From assembly GCA_965242525.1 (NCBI GenBank), contig OZ251459.1:128001-192000 (forward strand): a DNA stretch of 64,000 bases, written 5' to 3'. Position 1 is the first letter of the stretch; every line of letters starts with the position of its first letter. This stretch comes from an uncultured Candidatus Binatia bacterium. Its GTDB lineage: Bacteria; Desulfobacterota; Binatia; UBA9968; JAJDTQ01. Below are positions 10,458 through 19,635 of this stretch, piece by piece. The notes under the pieces were generated by a model. The model saw nothing but the letters and a program-made list of their open reading frames with translations. It made no database searches and had not been told where the DNA came from. The translations under genes and the position numbers were made by a program.

Positions 10458-11624
10458 ATGGGAGGCGACGACTCATTGATCCAGGACGTGACAGGGGAGA
10501 GGGCGCCTGGCGGTACCCGCCTGGTTTGCTTCGTGATCCCCACCTACAACGAAGCGCTCAACATCACGCCGTTGCTGCGGCGGCTGACCGAGTTGCACCC
10601 CGGCGCGGACACCGCCTTCCTGGTGGTGGACGACGAGAGCCCGGACGGGACCGGTGGCCTGGTCCGGGAGTTCGCCGCGGCGGACGGCCGGGTCCACCTG
10701 ATCGAAGGGCCGCGGCGCGGGTTCGGGCGCGCGTGCGTGCGGGGGATGGCCCATGCCCTGGATGTCCTCGGCGCGGACGTGGTGGTGCAGATGGACGCCG
10801 ACTTCTCCCACGACCCTGCGGACGCGGCCCGGCTGCTGGCGCGCGTCGCGGACGGCGCGGACGTGGCCATCGGCAGCCGTTACGTGGACGCGGGCGCCAT
10901 CGACCCGAGTTGGCATCTGGGCAGGCGGCTGTTGTCCCGCTGGGGCAACCGCCTGACCCGGTGGATCGCCGGCGTGCGCGGGATCCGGGACTGCACCGCG
11001 GGCTTCAAGGCCGTCCGGGCGGCTGCGCTCAAGGCCGCGAAGGTGGATGAGGTCCGGGCGCGCGGCCACACGTTCCAGATCGATTTGTTGCACCGTCTGG
11101 TCCGTTCCGGCGCGCGGGTGGTCGAAGAGCCCATCTATTTCCGCGACCGCCAACACGGGCAGACCAAGCTGGGAGCCGCGAGCCTGCTGGAGTTCTTTTG
11201 CAGCGTCTGGCGGCTGCGCCTCGCCGGCCATCCGGTCTTCGTCCGGTACTGCGTGACGGCCTTGGTCGGTCTGCTGGTCAACCTTGGGTCGTTCCAACTC
11301 CTGCTGGAGCTCGGCTTGCACAAGTTCCTGGCGTCGCCCATCGCCATCGAGGTATCCATCGTCTCGAACTTCCTGATGCACAACTACTGGACCTTCGCCG
11401 ACCGGGTACTCGCCGGGCGCAAGCGCGTCCGGGGCCTGAAGTTCAACCTGGTGGCGTTGGGCGCCCTCGCCCTGAGCTACTTCACGTTCGTGGCGCTTTC
11501 GATGCTGTTTCCGCAGGTCTCGCCCGTGTGGCTGCAAGCCTGCGGCGTCCTCCCGGGAGGGGTGTTCAACTACGTCATGAATTCCTCCTGGACGTTCCGC
11601 CGCGTCGCCCGCCCGGCCGTATAG
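10458..11624 (+). CDS. GT2 polyprenol-phosphate glycosyltransferase fused to a GtrA-like flippase domain
   Basis: VIPTYNE, VDDESPDGT, QMDADFSH, IGSRY, DCTAGFK; C-terminal four-TM GtrA-like region (NFLMHNYWTF, NSSWTF). Start codon uncertain. Confidence 0.88.
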   Translation: MGGDDSLIQDVTGERAPGGTRLVCFVIPTYNEALNITPLLRRLTELHPGADTAFLVVDDESPDGTGGLVREFAAADGRVHLIEGPRRGFGRACVRGMAHALDVLGADVVVQMDADFSHDPADAARLLARVADGADVAIGSRYVDAGAIDPSWHLGRRLLSRWGNRLTRWIAGVRGIRDCTAGFKAVRAAALKAAKVDEVRARGHTFQIDLLHRLVRSGARVVEEPIYFRDRQHGQTKLGAASLLEFFCSVWRLRLAGHPVFVRYCVTALVGLLVNLGSFQLLLELGLHKFLASPIAIEVSIVSNFLMHNYWTFADRVLAGRKRVRGLKFNLVALGALALSYFTFVALSMLFPQVSPVWLQACGVLPGGVFNYVMNSSWTFRRVARPAV

Positions 11625-11755
11625 GAAGGGGTCCGTCCGGGCAAGCGGACCGCCGCGAGAGACAGGGAAAACGGGTCCCGGCGCGACGAGTGCGGGCGGA
11701 ACGGGTTCACGGCGCAGGCGCGGCGGCCGGTGGACGGCGGCCCCCGGAGGTTTCC

Positions 11756-12811
11756 ATGGAAGAGCAGAGCATCGAGCAGGAGAGCGCCTATGAGCGCTGG
11801 TTGAAGAGGGAAGGCCTCCCGGTGGTCCGCGATTATTACATCGAGGACATCCGCGCCGTGCGGCTGGCGCCCTGGGAACGCCGGGGCGGCTCGGGCGTCT
11901 ATCTCAACCTCATCGGCACCGGGGACATGAACGACGCCACCATCTGCGAGATCCCTCCGGGCGGGAGCCTCCACCCCGAACGCTACCTGTTCGAGGAGAT
12001 GATCTACGTGGCCAGCGGCCGCGGCGCCACCACCATCTGGCAGGAAGGAGGCCGGAAGCAGACCTTCGAGTGGCAGGAGGGAAGCCTCTTCTCCCCGCCG
12101 CTCAACACATGGAGGCAACATTTCAACGGCAGCGGCGACACCCCGGTCCGGCTGTTCTCGGTGACCAGCGCGCCGTTGGTGTTGAACCTCTTCCACAACT
12201 TCGAGTTCGTGTTCGACAACGGCTTTGCCTTCACGGACCGCTTCGACTCCCGGGACGACTATTTCTCGGGACGGGGCAAGTCCTACCGCGGCAGGGTCTG
12301 GGAGACGAACTTCGTTCCCGACGTGCGCTCCTTCGTCCTGAAGGAATGGAAGGAGCGGGGCGCCGGGGGCCGCAACATCATGTTCGAGCTATCGGACAAC
12401 ACCATGGCTTCGCACATCTCCGAGTTCCCGGTGGGCACCTACAAGAAGGCCCATCGCCACGGCCCCGGGGCCCACGTGATCATCATCGGCGGCGCCGGCT
12501 ACTCGCTCATGTGGCCGGAAGGATCGCCGATCCGGCGCTTCGACTGGCGCGAAGGGAGCGTCATCGTTCCCCCCGAGATGTGGTTCCACCAGCATTTCAA
12601 CGCCGGCGCCGCGCCCGCCCGCTACCTGGCGCTGCGCTGGGGAAGCCGCAAGCACCGGTTCCGCAAGCGCTACGGCATCGACAAGAGCGTCAAGGAAGGC
12701 GGCGACCAGATCGAGTACCGGGACGAGGACCCCGGCGTTCGGGAGATGTTCGAGCAGGCCCTCGCCGAGCAGGGCATCGAGAGCCGGATGGCCGCCGCCT
12801 ACCAATCCTGA
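11756..12811 (+). CDS. bicupin protein
   Basis: GGAGG RBS, ATG 11756 (MEEQSIEQ); FEEMIYVASGRG, KKAHRHGPG, WFHQHFN. Confidence 0.8.
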   Translation: MEEQSIEQESAYERWLKREGLPVVRDYYIEDIRAVRLAPWERRGGSGVYLNLIGTGDMNDATICEIPPGGSLHPERYLFEEMIYVASGRGATTIWQEGGRKQTFEWQEGSLFSPPLNTWRQHFNGSGDTPVRLFSVTSAPLVLNLFHNFEFVFDNGFAFTDRFDSRDDYFSGRGKSYRGRVWETNFVPDVRSFVLKEWKERGAGGRNIMFELSDNTMASHISEFPVGTYKKAHRHGPGAHVIIIGGAGYSLMWPEGSPIRRFDWREGSVIVPPEMWFHQHFNAGAAPARYLALRWGSRKHRFRKRYGIDKSVKEGGDQIEYRDEDPGVREMFEQALAEQGIESRMAAAYQS

Positions 12812-12828
12812 CCGCGCCGCGCGTGCGC

Positions 12829-13866
12829 TCAGGACTTGGCCTTCTTGAAGCCCGTCAGGACCTGGAGGTACTCCTTGATGGCCGGTGGCATGTTGTTGAT
12901 GGCTTTCAACGCCTTGGCGATGTCCTTGGGTGACACGTAATCGACGTTGAGGCGGGCCTTCCCGGCCTCCGCCAGGAAATCCGCATCCTCCATGACCGCC
13001 TTGAAGGCCTTCCGCAAGGCGGCCACGCGGTCCTTGGGCGTGCCCGGCGGCAGGGTATAGACGCGGGTGATCTTGTTCTGCCCGTCCCATGCCTCGAAGG
13101 CCGCGAGGTTCTCGCCCTTGAGCACGTCCGAGAAGAGCGGGATGTCCCGGACCTCGGGTTCGTCGTACCGCCGGGTGATGACGAAGGGGATGAGCTTCTT
13201 GTCCGGAGGCGCGTCCAGCATGCCCCGGGCGGTGACCCTCATGGACTCCCACGTCCAGCAGGCGCCATCCACTTCGCCCGACTCCATGGCCAACCGTACC
13301 TTTGCGGTGCCGCCGTATCCCGGGATGCTCCTGAACTTCGTCCCCAGTTCCCGGTTCAGGAACAGGAACGGGTCGGTGGTGTTCCCGGGGGCGCGGGTGC
13401 CGCCCATGGTGACCTCCTTGCCCGATTTCACCACGTCGTCCAGCGACTTGAGGCCCGAGGCCGCCATGAGGCCGCAGGCCACGGAGTCCGAGGTGGGGGT
13501 GCCGATGTACTCGTACTTGGCGGGGTCGATCCGCACCTTCCTGTCGCCCATGGCGCGGGCGAAGATCAACGCGGGACTCCAGACCCCCAGGGTCGTGCCG
13601 TCGGGTTTGGCCCGTTTGTAGATGTAGTTGGCGGTGATCAGGCTCCCGGCTCCGGGCATGTTCTGCACCACCGGGGTCGGGTTCCCGGGAACGTACTGGC
13701 TGATGTGGCGGGCGATGTAGCGGGTGTAGGTGTCGTAGCCGCCTCCCGGGGAGAAACCCACGAGCATGCGCAAGTTCCTACCCTTGTAGAAGTCCTCGGC
13801 CCCTGCCGGAGCCTGGCCCAGCGCCAGCACCAGCGCCACTGCGACGAATGCGAACCTGGGTATCAT
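12829..13866 (-). CDS. tripartite tricarboxylate transporter (Bug/TctC) solute-binding protein
   Basis: Signal peptide, GFSPGGGYD, QNMPGAGS, KPDGTT, PPGTP. Confidence 0.88.
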   Translation of the reverse strand: MIPRFAFVAVALVLALGQAPAGAEDFYKGRNLRMLVGFSPGGGYDTYTRYIARHISQYVPGNPTPVVQNMPGAGSLITANYIYKRAKPDGTTLGVWSPALIFARAMGDRKVRIDPAKYEYIGTPTSDSVACGLMAASGLKSLDDVVKSGKEVTMGGTRAPGNTTDPFLFLNRELGTKFRSIPGYGGTAKVRLAMESGEVDGACWTWESMRVTARGMLDAPPDKKLIPFVITRRYDEPEVRDIPLFSDVLKGENLAAFEAWDGQNKITRVYTLPPGTPKDRVAALRKAFKAVMEDADFLAEAGKARLNVDYVSPKDIAKALKAINNMPPAIKEYLQVLTGFKKAKS

Positions 13867-13955
13867 GACGCGACCTCCTCGTCCGTTTTCGGTGTCCCCT
13901 TCCATGGGGAACGGCTACCCGTAGCAACCGGCCCGGGTCGTGTCAAGGAGACTTC

Positions 13956-14088
13956 GGGAACCCCTGATCCATCAGGGCAGGGGGCATGAGCGCGTCCTTC
14001 GACTTCGCTTCGCTACGCTCAGGACGAACGGAGACAGGGGCAGGGCGAGGGAATCCATCCTGGGTGTCTCGATTGTTCAGAGGTTCCT
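13956..14088 (+). mobile_element. MITE-like element, copy C
   Basis: Degenerate left TIR, core at 13989-14030, intact right TIR TGTCTCGATTGTTCAGAGGTTCCT. Confidence 0.75.
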
Positions 14089-14090
14089 TT

Positions 14091-14271
14091 GGACAACCCC
14101 ACCGTTCGTCCCCCTCGGCATCGACCCCGCGGGTTCCCCTGTGTCGAGGGGACTCAGGACCCCCACACCGTTCGTCCCCTCGGTATCGACCCTGCGGGTT
14201 CCTCCGTGTCGAGGAGACCCTGGACCACCACACCGTTCGTCCTGAGCGTAGCGAAGCGAAGTCGAAGGACG
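14091..14271 (-). repeat. tandem ~65 bp hairpin units ending in an inverted core repeat
   Basis: Units 14091-14156 and 14157-14221 (CACCGTTCGTCCCCTCGG..TCGAC..GTGTCGAGG); the third unit runs into a complete inverted core at 14233-14271. Confidence 0.75.
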
Positions 14272-14337
14272 GGTTTTCCCCAGGGAGAGCCGGTATCGTG
14301 CGGATCGGACGTCCCTCGAACGGGACCCGCGGTCCGG

Positions 14338-15228
14338 CTACGCCGGGTCCCGCGGCTGCAGGGCCTCGTTGAGGGACCCGGTGCGGTAGCCTTGCAGGTC
14401 GATGCTGACGTAGGTGAACCCGGCCTCCCGGAAACGCCGGAGGACCTCTTCGCGGACCCCGGGCCGGAGCAGCCGGTCGAACTCGTCCGGGGCCGTCTCG
14501 ATGCGCGCCAGCTCGTTGTGGTAGCGCACCCGGCATATGCGGAAACCCAGCTCCCGCAGCACCCGCTCGCATCGGTGGACCTGGGTGAGCTTCTCCGGGG
14601 TGATGGCCGTGCCGTAGGGGAAGCGGCTGGAAAGGCAGGCCAGCGCGGGCTTGTCCCACACGCTCAGCCCCATGCGCCGGGCGGCCTCGCGGATGTCGGC
14701 CTTGGTGAAGCCCAACTCGTCCAGCGGCGAGCGCACCCCGCGCTCGCGCGCGGCCTGGCGTCCGGGTCGGTGGTCGCCCCGGTCGTCCGCGTTGAAGCCG
14801 TCCAGGATGTGGGCGATGCCCAGGGACGCGGCCTCGTCGATGGCCTTGCCGTAGAGCTCGGTCTTGCAGAAGTAGCAACGGTTGGCGGGGTTGGCCGCGT
14901 ACCGGGGGTCGTCGAGCTCGGAGGTGTCCACCAGCAGGTGCCGGGCGCCGATGTTTTCCGCCAGGCGCCGGGCGTCCGCTCCCTCTTCCGGCGCCAGGCT
15001 GGGGGACACCGCGGTGAGGGCCACGGCCCCGTCTCCGAGGGCGTTCACCGCCTCGGCCAGCAGGTAGCCGGAATCGACCCCGCCGGAGAAGCAGACCACG
15101 ACCTGCTCCAGCTCCCCGAGCAGCGCCCGGAGCCCGGCCACCTTCCCGGTCAACGACGCCGCGGCCCCGCGTCCACGGCTCGGCGCGGGCGCATTTTCGG
15201 TTCCGGTCATGCTTTCGGGTCGGTTCAT
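14338..15228 (-). CDS. larE: ATP-dependent sulfur insertase LarE
   Basis: PP-loop FSGGVDS, CYFCK, DDRGDHRPG, WDKPALACLSSRFPYG, RVRYH, GYRTGSLN. Start could be 15210, 15228 or 15252. Confidence 0.9.
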   Translation of the reverse strand: MNRPESMTGTENAPAPSRGRGAAASLTGKVAGLRALLGELEQVVVCFSGGVDSGYLLAEAVNALGDGAVALTAVSPSLAPEEGADARRLAENIGARHLLVDTSELDDPRYAANPANRCYFCKTELYGKAIDEAASLGIAHILDGFNADDRGDHRPGRQAARERGVRSPLDELGFTKADIREAARRMGLSVWDKPALACLSSRFPYGTAITPEKLTQVHRCERVLRELGFRICRVRYHNELARIETAPDEFDRLLRPGVREEVLRRFREAGFTYVSIDLQGYRTGSLNEALQPRDPA

Positions 15229-15262
15229 GCGGTTCCGGTCCGCTCCGGCCAACGCCCGCGCG

Positions 15263-15826
15263 TCAGGGCGTGGCCCTGACCCTGGGCCGGTCCAGCAGGG
15301 AGTCGCGCCAGCGCTTCAGGTTCGGCAGGTCGTCGCCGATGGACACCTTGTAATGGTCTTCCCGGGCAAAGAACGGGATGTAGGTGATGTCCGCCAGCGA
15401 ATAGTCCCCGACGATGAATTCCTGCCCGGCCATCCGTTGGTCCAGCGTCGCCAGGTGCTGCGCCAGCCGCTTCCGGTTGTTCTCGACGTCGTGGTCGTGC
15501 AGTATGTTTCCCGCCGCGGCCTGGAGCCGGGTGTTGCAGAAGTCGATCCAGATGCGCACTTGCGAGCGCAACACCAGGTCCCTGGGCATCAGCGGCGTCC
15601 GGGGGAACTTCTCGTCCAGGTACTCGTTGATGACCGCGGACTCGTAGATCACCGCGTCCCCGTCCACCAGCACCGGCACCTTGGCGTAGGGGTTGAGCCT
15701 CAGGAGCTCCTCGGGCTTGTCGCGGAGGTCGCACTCCACGAGCTCGTAGGGGATGTCTTTCTCTGCCAGGACAAGCCTTGTCCTGTGGGCGTACGGTCAG
15801 GGACCGTACGACAGCAATCGCAACAT
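15263..15826 (-). CDS. glutathione S-transferase (omega/SspA-like), predicted selenoprotein, 187 aa
   Basis: GGAGG RBS, ATG 15826, MLRLLSYGP-[TGA 15799-15797]-PYAHRTRLVLAEKDIPYE, continuous with LNPYAKVPVL and YESAVINEYLDE; SECIS-like hairpin 11 nt after the UGA. Confidence 0.85.
15767..15785 (-). promoter_or_regulatory. candidate bacterial SECIS element
   Basis: mRNA CAGGACAA-GGC-UUGUCCUG: perfect 8-bp stem with a G-led loop, starting after an 11-nt spacer from the UGA. Confidence 0.7.
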
Positions 15827-15863
15827 GTCGTCCTCCCGTGTCGGTGGTTTCCCAATGCCTTCC

Positions 15864-16013
15864 GGAAACTCCGGACCCTTCCGGCTCGAACCCCGTCTCC
15901 CTGTGGGAAAGCGCGTCCTTCGACTTCGCTTCGCTCAGGACGAACGGGGATGCTTCGCTACGCTCGGGACGAACGGGGATAACTGTCCAGGCTTCCCTTG
16001 TCCAGAGCTTCCC
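15864..16013 (+). mobile_element. MITE-like element, copy D (degenerate, doubled core)
   Basis: GGAAACTCCGGAC...TTGTCCAGAGCTTCCC ends; core at 15911-15978 with a tandem partial duplication. Confidence 0.6.
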
Positions 16014-16135
16014 TCTTCCCCTTTCTATACCGGCAGGCGCGCTCCGGCAACCCGCAGCGCTGCCCCGGATCCGCGGCCCGACCCGCCCCCGACCCGGAAA
16101 CGCGCCGCGGCGCGGCCCGGCCGCCCCGCGGATAG

Positions 16136-16164
16136 TTGACGTTCCGCGGCCCGTGTACTAGGCT
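16136..16164 (+). promoter_or_regulatory. sigma70-like promoter of the nuo operon
   Basis: TTGACG-N17-TAGGCT, 54 bp upstream of nuoA. Confidence 0.55.
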
Positions 16165-16218
16165 TGGGGGCCGGTTCGGGCATGACTTTCCTCGCAAGGC
16201 CGTGCGCGGCGACAGCTC

Positions 16219-16620
16219 ATGGGTAGCGATACACTCTGGCCGTTGGGACTGTACTTCCTGATTGCGCTCGTGGTGGCGGGCAGCATGATCGGCCTGTCGT
16301 ACGTCCTCGGGGAACGGCATTCGGACCGCGCCACCGGGGAGCCCTACGAGTCCGGCATCGTCTCCACCGGCTCGGCGCGGGTGCGGCTGTCGGTCAAGTT
16401 CTACGTCGTGGCCATGCTGTTCGTGATCTTCGACCTGGAGGCCGTCTTCATCTTCGCGTACGCGGTGGCCTACGAAGAAGTAGGCTGGGCCGGGTACGCG
16501 GGCCTGCTGGTCTTCGTCGCGGTGCTGCTGGTGGCGCTGGTCTATGAGTACCGCATGGGCGCGCTGGACTGGGAGCCCGCGCGCCTCAGGGCGGCCAAGG
16601 CCGGTGGGGAGAAAGGGTAG
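16219..16620 (+). CDS. nuoA: NADH-quinone oxidoreductase subunit A
   Basis: EPYESGI, FVIFDLEA, GALDW. Confidence 0.95.
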   Translation: MGSDTLWPLGLYFLIALVVAGSMIGLSYVLGERHSDRATGEPYESGIVSTGSARVRLSVKFYVVAMLFVIFDLEAVFIFAYAVAYEEVGWAGYAGLLVFVAVLLVALVYEYRMGALDWEPARLRAAKAGGEKG

Positions 16621-16629
16621 AGGGGTCCC

Positions 16630-17259
16630 ATGCAGTGGTCGTTGTCCAGACCCCGGCCCGCGGACGCGGAAAAGGGCGGTTTCGACGAAGCGATACGCAA
16701 GCTCCTGGTCATGGCCCGCCTGGAGGACCTGGTGAGCTGGGGGCGCAAGAACTCCATCTGGCCGTTCCATTTCGGGCTCTCCTGCTGTTTCGTCGAGATG
16801 GCCACGAGCCTCACCAGCAGGTTCGACGTGGCCCGTTTCGGCGCCGAGGTCATCCGCGGCACGCCCCGGGAAGCCGACGTCATCGTCATCGCGGGCACCT
16901 GCTTCATCAAGATGGCGCCCATCGTCCGGCGGCTCTACGAGCAGATGATGGAGCCCCGCTGGGTGATCTCCATGGGCTCGTGCGCCAACTCGGGCGGCAT
17001 GTACGACATCTACAGCGTGGTGCAGGGGGTGGACAAGATCCTCCCGGTGGACGTCTATGTGCCCGGTTGTCCGCCGAGTCCCTTCGCCTTCCTGGAGGCG
17101 TTGACGCTGTTGCAGAAGGCCGTGGGCAACGAGCGCCGGCCGCTGAGCTGGATGGTGGGCCCCCAGGGCGTGGACAAGGGCCCGCGCCCGGTGATGCGCG
17201 ACCTCAAGCGCCCCGACCGGGTGCGCGCCACGAGCCTGCGCTCGCCGGACGACGTCTAG
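16630..17259 (+). CDS. nuoB: NADH-quinone oxidoreductase subunit B
   Basis: [25 protein letters not shown]. Confidence 0.97.
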   Translation: MQWSLSRPRPADAEKGGFDEAIRKLLVMARLEDLVSWGRKNSIWPFHFGLSCCFVEMATSLTSRFDVARFGAEVIRGTPREADVIVIAGTCFIKMAPIVRRLYEQMMEPRWVISMGSCANSGGMYDIYSVVQGVDKILPVDVYVPGCPPSPFAFLEALTLLQKAVGNERRPLSWMVGPQGVDKGPRPVMRDLKRPDRVRATSLRSPDDV

Positions 17260-17370
17260 CGGACCGTTGGACCATGCGAACCGTCGCCGATGGACAGAGG
17301 CCTTCGCTCTTCCCCACGAAACACGACATGGGCGCTGCGTTCATCCGAAGAAGGGCTGCGGTTTCCACCC

Positions 17371-19119
17371 ATGAGTGACGCGCCGGCGGTGGTGACCGAG
17401 CTCGAAGGCCGCTTCGGCCCCGACGCCTTCGTGGCGGAGGACACCCGATGCGGGTTCCCCACCCTGTGGACGTCCGGGGAGCGCCTGCCCGCGGTGCTGA
17501 AGTTCCTGAAGACCGAGGTGGAGCGGCCCTTCGGCACCCTGTACGACCTGACCGCCATCGACGAACGTTTCCGCAAGCACCGGGACGGCCAGCCGGACAG
17601 CGACTTCACCCTCCTCTACCACCTGCTCTCCTACGAGCGGAACGAGGACCTGTGCATCAAGGTGGCCCTGTCCGAGGACTCGGCCTCGGCGCCTTCGGCG
17701 ACCCCCCTGTGGCCCTCGGCCAACTGGTACGAGCGCGAGGTCTGGGACATGTTCGGCGTCCGCTTCGACGGCCATCCGTCGCTGCGCCGCATCCTCATGC
17801 CCCCCACCTGGGAAGGGCATCCGCTGCGCAAGGAGCACCCGGCCCGGGCCACCGAGATGGGTCCGTTCCGACTCCCCGACGACCGGCAGGACCGGGAACA
17901 GGAGGCGCTCCGGTTCCGGCCCGAGGACTGGGGCATGAAGCGCACCCGGGAAGGCGCCGACTTCATGTTCCTCAACGTGGGGCCGCAGCATCCCGGCACC
18001 CACGGCGTCATCCGCATCGTACTCCAGCTCGACGGCGAGGAGATCGTGGACGCCCTGCCCGAGATCGGGTTCCACCACCGGGGCGCGGAGAAGATGGGGG
18101 AACGGCAGTCCTGGCACTCCTTCATCCCCTACACGGACCGCATCGACTACCTGGGCGGCGTCATGAACAACCTGGCCTACGTGCTCTCCGTGGAGCAGTT
18201 GGCCGGCATCCGCGCGCCCGACCGCGCCCAGGTCATCCGCGTGATGATGTGCGAGTTCTTCCGCATCGCCAGCCACCTGGTGTGGTACGGCACCTTTGCC
18301 CAGGACGTGGGCTCCCTCTCCGCGGTGTTCTACACCTTCAACGACCGGGAGCGGATCTTCGACATCGTGCAGGCGGTGTGCGGCGGGCGCATGCATCCGA
18401 GCTGGTTCCGCATCGGCGGCGTGGCCCAGGACCTGCCCAGGGGCTGGCAGGGGATGGTGCGGGACTTCGTGGACTACCTCCCGGAGCGGCTCGACGAGTA
18501 CGACAAGATCGTGATGCAGAACCGCATCTTCAAGGCGCGCACCCAGGGCATCGGCGCCTACACCGCGGAGGAAGCGGTTGACTGGGGCGTGACCGGTCCG
18601 GGTCTCCGGGCGTGCGGCTTCGACTGGGACTTCCGCAAGAAGCGGCCCTACTCGGGCTACGAGCAGTTCGACTTCGACGTCCCCGTGGCCCACAAGGGCG
18701 ACTGCTACGACCGCGCGGTGGTGCGCATCGAGGAGATGCGCCAGAGCCTCCGGATCATCGACCAGTGCCTGAAGAACATGCCTGCGGGCCACTACAAGTC
18801 GGACCATCCGCTGACCACGCCGCCGCGGAAAGAGCGCACCATGCACGACATCGAGACGCTCATCAACCATTTCCTCAACGTGAGCTGGGGGCCGGTGATC
18901 CCCGCGGGAGAGTCCTTCACCGGCATCGAGGCCACCAAGGGGAACAACGGCTACCGGCTGGTGAGCGACGGCGGCACCATCCCCTACCGGGTGCGCATCC
19001 GCACGCCGTCGTTCGCCCACATGCAGATGATCCCGCTCATGAGCCGGGGCGTGATGGTGCCGGACCTGTTGGCGATACTGGGGAGCATCGACTTCGTGCT
19101 CGCGGACATCGATCGGTGA
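17371..19119 (+). CDS. nuoCD: NADH-quinone oxidoreductase fused subunit C/D
   Basis: [13 protein letters not shown] and GHPLRK (C); [16 protein letters not shown] and ADIDR (D) in one frame. Confidence 0.95.
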   Translation: MSDAPAVVTELEGRFGPDAFVAEDTRCGFPTLWTSGERLPAVLKFLKTEVERPFGTLYDLTAIDERFRKHRDGQPDSDFTLLYHLLSYERNEDLCIKVALSEDSASAPSATPLWPSANWYEREVWDMFGVRFDGHPSLRRILMPPTWEGHPLRKEHPARATEMGPFRLPDDRQDREQEALRFRPEDWGMKRTREGADFMFLNVGPQHPGTHGVIRIVLQLDGEEIVDALPEIGFHHRGAEKMGERQSWHSFIPYTDRIDYLGGVMNNLAYVLSVEQLAGIRAPDRAQVIRVMMCEFFRIASHLVWYGTFAQDVGSLSAVFYTFNDRERIFDIVQAVCGGRMHPSWFRIGGVAQDLPRGWQGMVRDFVDYLPERLDEYDKIVMQNRIFKARTQGIGAYTAEEAVDWGVTGPGLRACGFDWDFRKKRPYSGYEQFDFDVPVAHKGDCYDRAVVRIEEMRQSLRIIDQCLKNMPAGHYKSDHPLTTPPRKERTMHDIETLINHFLNVSWGPVIPAGESFTGIEATKGNNGYRLVSDGGTIPYRVRIRTPSFAHMQMIPLMSRGVMVPDLLAILGSIDFVLADIDR

Positions 19120-19135
19120 AGGCGGCGAGGGCGTC

Positions 19136-19606
19136 ATGCTGACGGAACGGGAACGGGAGAGGATCCGGGAGGAGGCCGCCCACTACGACCACCCCCAGGC
19201 GGCGTGCGTGGAGGCCTTGAAGATCGTCCAGGAAGGGCGGCGCTGGGTGTCGGACGAGCACCTGAAGGAGGTGGCCGGGTTGCTGGACATGAGCCCGGAG
19301 GCGCTGGACAGCGTGGCCACCTTCTACAACCTCATCTTCCGCAAGCCGGTGGGGGAGAACGTCATCCTGCTCTGCGACAGCGTCAGTTGCTGGATCCTGG
19401 GGTACGAGGAGATCCTGGGCCACCTGAAGGCGCGTCTCGGGGTCGAGCTGGGCGGGACCACCGCGGACGGCAAGTTCACGCTGCTTCCCATGTGCTGCCT
19501 GGGCACGTGCGACCGGGGCCCGGCCATGATGGTGGGGGACGAGCTCTACCGGAACCTCGACAACGACAAGGTGGACGAGATCCTCGGCCTCCATGGGGGC
19601 GCGTGA
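19136..19606 (+). CDS. nuoE: NADH-quinone oxidoreductase subunit E
   Basis: VATFY, CDSVSC, CCLGTCD. Confidence 0.95.
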   Translation: MLTERERERIREEAAHYDHPQAACVEALKIVQEGRRWVSDEHLKEVAGLLDMSPEALDSVATFYNLIFRKPVGENVILLCDSVSCWILGYEEILGHLKARLGVELGGTTADGKFTLLPMCCLGTCDRGPAMMVGDELYRNLDNDKVDEILGLHGGA

Positions 19607-19635
19607 GGCAACGGCTTATGGCGGGCGGATCGGCC

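Noticed and set aside
10449-11630. Short similarity flanking the GT2-GtrA gene (CCGGTCCGTATGGGAGG versus CCGGCCGTATAGGAAG)
   Set aside because: Too short and gapped to separate from chance in GC-rich DNA.
15797-15799. GST as a nonsense pseudogene or a gene starting at 15739
   Set aside because: The stop is UGA at the catalytic column with a SECIS-like hairpin and an intact RBS/N-terminus; Sec recoding fits better, although it is unproven.
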